From assembly GCA_964016885.1 (NCBI GenBank), contig OZ024754.1:12772001-12836000 (forward strand): a DNA stretch of 64,000 bases, written 5' to 3'. This DNA is from Eledone cirrhosa. Lineage: Eukaryota. The translations under genes and the position numbers were made by a program. The notes under the pieces were generated by a model. The model was not told the DNA's origin, made no database searches, and worked only from the letters and a program-made list of their open reading frames with translations. Below are positions 59,399 through 64,000 of the stretch, in pieces. Numbering within the stretch: the stretch's first letter is position 1; every line of letters begins with the position of its first letter.

Positions 59399-59996
59399 CA
59401 GAGTAGTCCGAAATCTTGTCACCCCTTGTCGCATATTGTTTTAACTTTCAGGCCCTTGCCATTCTGAGTTCGAATCCCGCCGAGGTTAACTTTGTCTTTC
59501 ATCATTACGGGGTCGATAAACGTAGAAACAATTATTTTTTGTTTTAGTAATATAATATATAATATCATTCATTGGTGGTGGATTGGCAGTATCGGTAGAG
59601 GGTTGGACGTCATGCTTTGACGCATATAGTTACGTCCCTTGCCATTCTGAGTTCAAATCCCGCCGAGGTTAACTTTGCCTTTCATCCTTACGGGGTCGAT
59701 AAAATAAAGTACCAGTAATGCACTGGGGTGATTACTGGCCTTGTGCCAAAAGCAGAAACAATTAATTATAATATATAATAATAATATATAATTTTCTATT
59801 TCAGAGCTCCTACAGTTTGGAAGAGAGGCTGCTTGTAAGTGTATGGACACATCATCGTGTGCATTCTTGCAAGAGCATGGAGGATGTGGCAAGATTCGGC
59901 AAACCAGCTCCTCCGAAGAGGACGATACTGCGATGGGAACATCAACTGTTTCTCATTACTTTTTGGTAGGGGTGACAAGACTTTCGGACCACCCTG
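59399..59996 (+). mobile_element. Internally deleted Tc1/mariner DNA transposon with nested SINE C copies (59450-59535, 59574-59763)
   Basis: TA-flanked 27-28 bp TIRs CAG.GT.GTCCGAAA(G)TCTTGTCACCCC; 59805-59954 encodes YSLEERLLVSVW..RFGKPAPPKRTILRWEHQLF, resembling a transposase N-terminal HTH (DUF4817-like). Confidence 0.8.
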
Positions 59997-60027
59997 TACA
60001 ATAGTAATACCGTCACATGTGCTTGTT

Positions 60028-60070
<43 letters not shown>

Positions 60071-60241
60071 ATAATAATAAATTTGAAGACTAAAATCCAA
60101 AGAGTGCTCGATAAGGATAAATATATATCAAATATATAAGAACCGTAGAGCACAGAAGATCCCGTTAAGGGGAGAGCAGCAATTCTTTGCTTAAACTTTA
60201 ATCTGTTATTTTAATAAATATATATATATATATATATATAT

Positions 60242-60368
60242 AAATTATAGTAGGAGAAAATACACCCAAAAATTCTTGTAAAAGTGTTTATTTGTTTACA
60301 ATTGTTTACAAAAGAAAAAAGAACAACACTTTTTCAAGAATTTTTGGTTGTGTTTTCTACTACAATTT
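60242..60368. repeat. Decayed fold-back unit
   Basis: CCAAAAATTCTTG.AAAAGTGTT is inverted as AACACTTTT.CAAGAATTTTTGG; the minus strand reads AAA-CAATTG-TA-AACA-AATAAA. Confidence 0.6.
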
Positions 60369-60698
60369 TGATATTTACGCTCTGCCTATAAATTTATTGC
60401 ATGGCTTGTATTTCTTTGCACACTCACGGTGTACTCTTGTCTTGCATCATATACGTATAGAGCACACTGCTCTCTTTGCTACAGGCTTATAATTCTCACA
60501 AACTAATCTCTACTCTCTCCTTCTCGATTGGATTGTACACATACGTATCTGCTAATAACTAAATGTGTGCAGTCTGAACTGTTAATTGCAGCTGCAGTAC
60601 TGCAATTCGCCAGATTCATTGAGTGAGCTAGACGTTGACCGGCGGACGCTGAATTTATACCAACATCTTCGTTACTTTGATTATATTATACTCGCAGC

Positions 60699-60839
60699 TG
60701 CGCTGATCTGAAACTCTTGTATAAGGTTAGATTTGCGCTGATCTGAAACTCTTGTATAAGGTTAGATTTGCGCTGATCTGAAACTCCTGTATAAGGTTAG
60801 ATTTGCGCTGATCTGAAACTCCTGTATAAGGTTAGATTT
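60699..60839. repeat. 35-bp x4 tandem repeat (GCGCTGATCTGAAACTCYTGTATAAGGTTAGATTT)
   Basis: Units at about 60700, 60735, 60770 and 60805. Confidence 0.9.
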
Positions 60840-61101
60840 TCAGTATTTCTTGTTTATTTCATAATATTAAATTTTGAATTATTCGACTTTGTATCACAAA
60901 TCAGATTTTATTTGCTTGTATACATGTATATATGCATGAACCTCCTTGTGTGTGTGTGCACATTCTAGAGGAAGGTTGAGTGGTTCGTTTTAGCCCGAAT
61001 CCCTTTGTTTGAATTCAACCACCAAACCACGTGTTTTAGTCTGCGATAGAATCTTCATCTTTTCCTTAGAGGCAGAGTGAGGGAATTCCGTGAACTGCCG
61101 A

Positions 61102-61360
61102 GGAGGGTCATATTGTTGTAATAATATTGCCAGAAATAATAACAGAACACACTCACTGTTTGGTTGGTTTTCGCTTTTGTTTTTTTATATCTCCATAGTT
61201 AATTTATTTGGCAATCAATGTTTATCATTGATTGACCAACGGTTAAAAATACAGATATAAATATATATATAGTCTATCAACGTTCTTTCGTTGCACATCT
61301 GTGACATCATCAGTGGTACTATTATGTTTCCTCCTGTTGTATTGTTTGTCTACGTCATTT
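61102..61360 (-). mobile_element. Older copy of the 44-kb hammerhead family
   Basis: Minus strand ACCA-CTGATGA-TGTCACAGATGTGCAAC-GAAA-GAAC at ~61275-61317, plus the shared tail. Confidence 0.75.
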
Positions 61361-61365
61361 TTATT

Positions 61366-61396
<31 letters not shown>

Positions 61397-62055
61397 TTTC
61401 TTCTTGTCTCCGTCCCTGCGCATGTGTTTGCGTGTGTGTATATTGTTTGCGTGTGTGTGTTCACGTTTGAGTGTATGTGTTTTTGTTTTTCTATTCTATC
61501 TTTGTGTACTAGTGTGTGTGTGTTATATGTGTTTGTTGTTATTGTATTATATTGCATGTATATAAACATCGAGAAAAATATAAACATCGGTGAGAATGGA
61601 AATTAGGAATTTCTCGACGATGTATATATTTCCCTGGGTGCAATACTTGCTTATATCAATATACTCAGGGACCCCTTCTGAACCTATATACCATATTCCC
61701 CTGCTTGGATATTTATGCTATATGATTCAAAGGATACTGCCGAGTCAAACTCTCTGATAAGCAGTTTTCTTGTTTAAGCACTCATTCCTGGTATACATAA
61801 ACAAAACCTTATCTATCTTCACACACACACGCACACACATACACACGCACACGCACACGCATACACGCGCACGCGCACGCGCGCGTTTTACATGTTTACA
61901 TGTAAGATTTGTGTTTACATGCTTACATATTAGATATGTGTATATATTTAAACACGCTGGTGCTGTCTCGGTTACACATAACTTTATCATATATGTATAT
62001 ATATAATATATATATATATATATATGTATGTATAATATATAAATATTATTTCTAT

Positions 62056-62240
62056 GTGGATTGGCAGTATCGGTAGAGGGTCAGACACCATGCTTTCCAG
62101 CATAGTTACGTCCCTTTACGATCTGAGTTCAAATCCCGCCGAGGTTGACTTTGCCTTTCATCCTTACGGGGTCGATAAAATAAAGTACCAGTAATGCACT
62201 GGTTAATTGCTGGCCTTGTGCCTAAAGTAGAAACAATTAT
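62056..62240 (+). mobile_element. SINE family C
   Basis: Full head, core and tail. Confidence 0.85.
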
Positions 62241-62991
62241 TTCTGTGACATATATATATATATATGATATATGTATGCATACATATATAATATATATATA
62301 TGTCATAGATATAATATTTATATATTATACATATATATATTATATATATACATATATTTTATATATATGTATATATATAATATATTAGTATGTATGTACG
62401 TATACATACATACTTACATTTAAGTAAGTGCCGTACTAAGAGTGAGAAATGAAATTTCGTTTCATTCTATTCCATATATAATATATTAAATATATGTATA
62501 TATATTATACATATATATATTATACACATATATGTATGTATAATATATAAATATATATTATATATGTATGCATACATATATATGTGTATATGTATATACA
62601 CATATATATATATTATATATGTATGCATACATATGTCATAGATATAATATTTATATATTATACATATATATATATAATATATATACATATATTTTATATA
62701 TATGTATATATGATAAAGTTGATATATGTATATACTAACATATATATCTATGTATGAGTACCATGACTTGTTTAACCCTTTACATACACCATCACTGAGT
62801 TTCTCCTTGTATTATAAACATACCCAGGGGAAATTCTACTCTCTATAAATTTCCATACGTAATCCCTTATTACTAATATATACGAACACTTTAACCACTA
62901 AGACATTTCTTTTCCCATAGCATTGAACTTGCATAATTCCTACCTTGAATATATAGCGTTCTTACAGGCATTCATTAAGTTTATGTATAAA

Positions 62992-63801
62992 CTAGCAGAA
63001 TGGCCCGGCGTTGCTCGGGATTCTAAACATAGATTGGTATGTTTATCCCTCCTTTCTGAAACAGTACAGAAAAGTACGGAATACCTCGGCCTGGGGATGG
63101 TGTCTACATTTTGTGCTTATAAAACAAATTCGTCGTAGATTACCAGGGGTTTAACTTAATTGGGTGCCTGAGAGTAAAATGTTCAACCCACGAAAGCCAA
63201 GACGATAGGGTTAAGTAAAAAGGCATTCGACAAACCGAACATGTATTTGTTGTGCTATGGTACAATGAAAGCAATAGTTACAGCACAGTAAACATGTGGG
63301 ACTGCAGTGGTGGAGAGCATGAAGGAATTTAGTTGGATACTTTTAAGGCTACAGGCTCTGAACGCAACCAAAATGTTAAACAATGCGGTCTCCGGGCAAA
63401 AATTTGAAATCTTTTTCAGTCAAGAAAATCTGTGAAACATAAGTAATGCATATGCAAAGTTTAAAAAAAATCGGTTGGTACTTCTCGAGTTACAGGCCCT
63501 AACGCAACCAAAATGCTTTAAAATATCGGTTTTTCGCCTAATGCGGTCCTGGGGCAGAACAATGAGAAAATGTTTTTGCTCAAAACACTTTAAACGACAT
63601 AAGTAATGCAAATTTTGAAGAAATCGCCTGGATTATTGTTCCGTTATGCCCCCCCCCCCCCCCAAAGCCTTTAACGCCTAAAATATGCGGTTTTTCGCAT
63701 AATACGGTCCCATGTGTAAAGTTTGAAAAAAATCGGTTGCGTGGTTCTCGGGGTTTAGGGAGTCAGACAGACAGGCATTCTCTATTTTAATTAAATATAG
63801 A
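62992..63801 (-). mobile_element. Non-autonomous Helitron (~810 bp)
   Basis: Minus strand A|TC(TATA)... with (CTGT)n near the 5' end; subterminal hairpin CCCGAGCAACGCCGGG, then CTAG|T; no TSD; internal degenerate repeats containing AAAATCGGTT. Confidence 0.75.
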
Positions 63802-64000
63802 TAATTTGTGATTATCTGCTGCTCGTTCTTTGACTTCGTCACGTGATACTTGCTATTGACATTGTTTATTGAAATAGCTGCAGCCGCTTAATCGATCGTG
63901 CATTTATGTATCGATCATTTCTGATTATATTTAGTCTTCAATTCAATAATAAATTGATAATACATACACAAGCATACACACACACAGCATATATATATAT

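Overview
AT-rich, microsatellite-saturated animal genomic DNA with one 200-N gap (54564-54763). The repeat make-up suggests an octopus or other coleoid cephalopod; this is inferred, not shown. No intact protein-coding gene is visible, and nearly all long ORFs in the track are translations of simple repeats. Recognisable content: one long decayed RTE-clade LINE (APE + RT + Cys-rich insert, 16.9-19.7 kb), many 3' fragments of other RTE families, two tRNA-derived SINE families, a non-autonomous Helitron, a deleted Tc1/mariner element, TTAA (piggyBac-like) MITEs, and several minisatellites, some clearly derived from LINE/SINE pieces. The main unexplained signal is a dense set of short units (100-800 bp) sitting in (TA)n tracts. 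They belong to at least 9 unrelated sequence families, yet many carry a minimal type I hammerhead ribozyme (helix I - CUGANGA - helix II - GAAA - palindromic helix III - UH - helix I), usually followed by AATAAA, and most are folded back into inverted repeats. This matches Penelope-like element pLTR relics or non-autonomous ribozyme retroelements. In one family a copy begins exactly at the predicted self-cleavage site. All ribozyme calls were folded by eye and none was tested.
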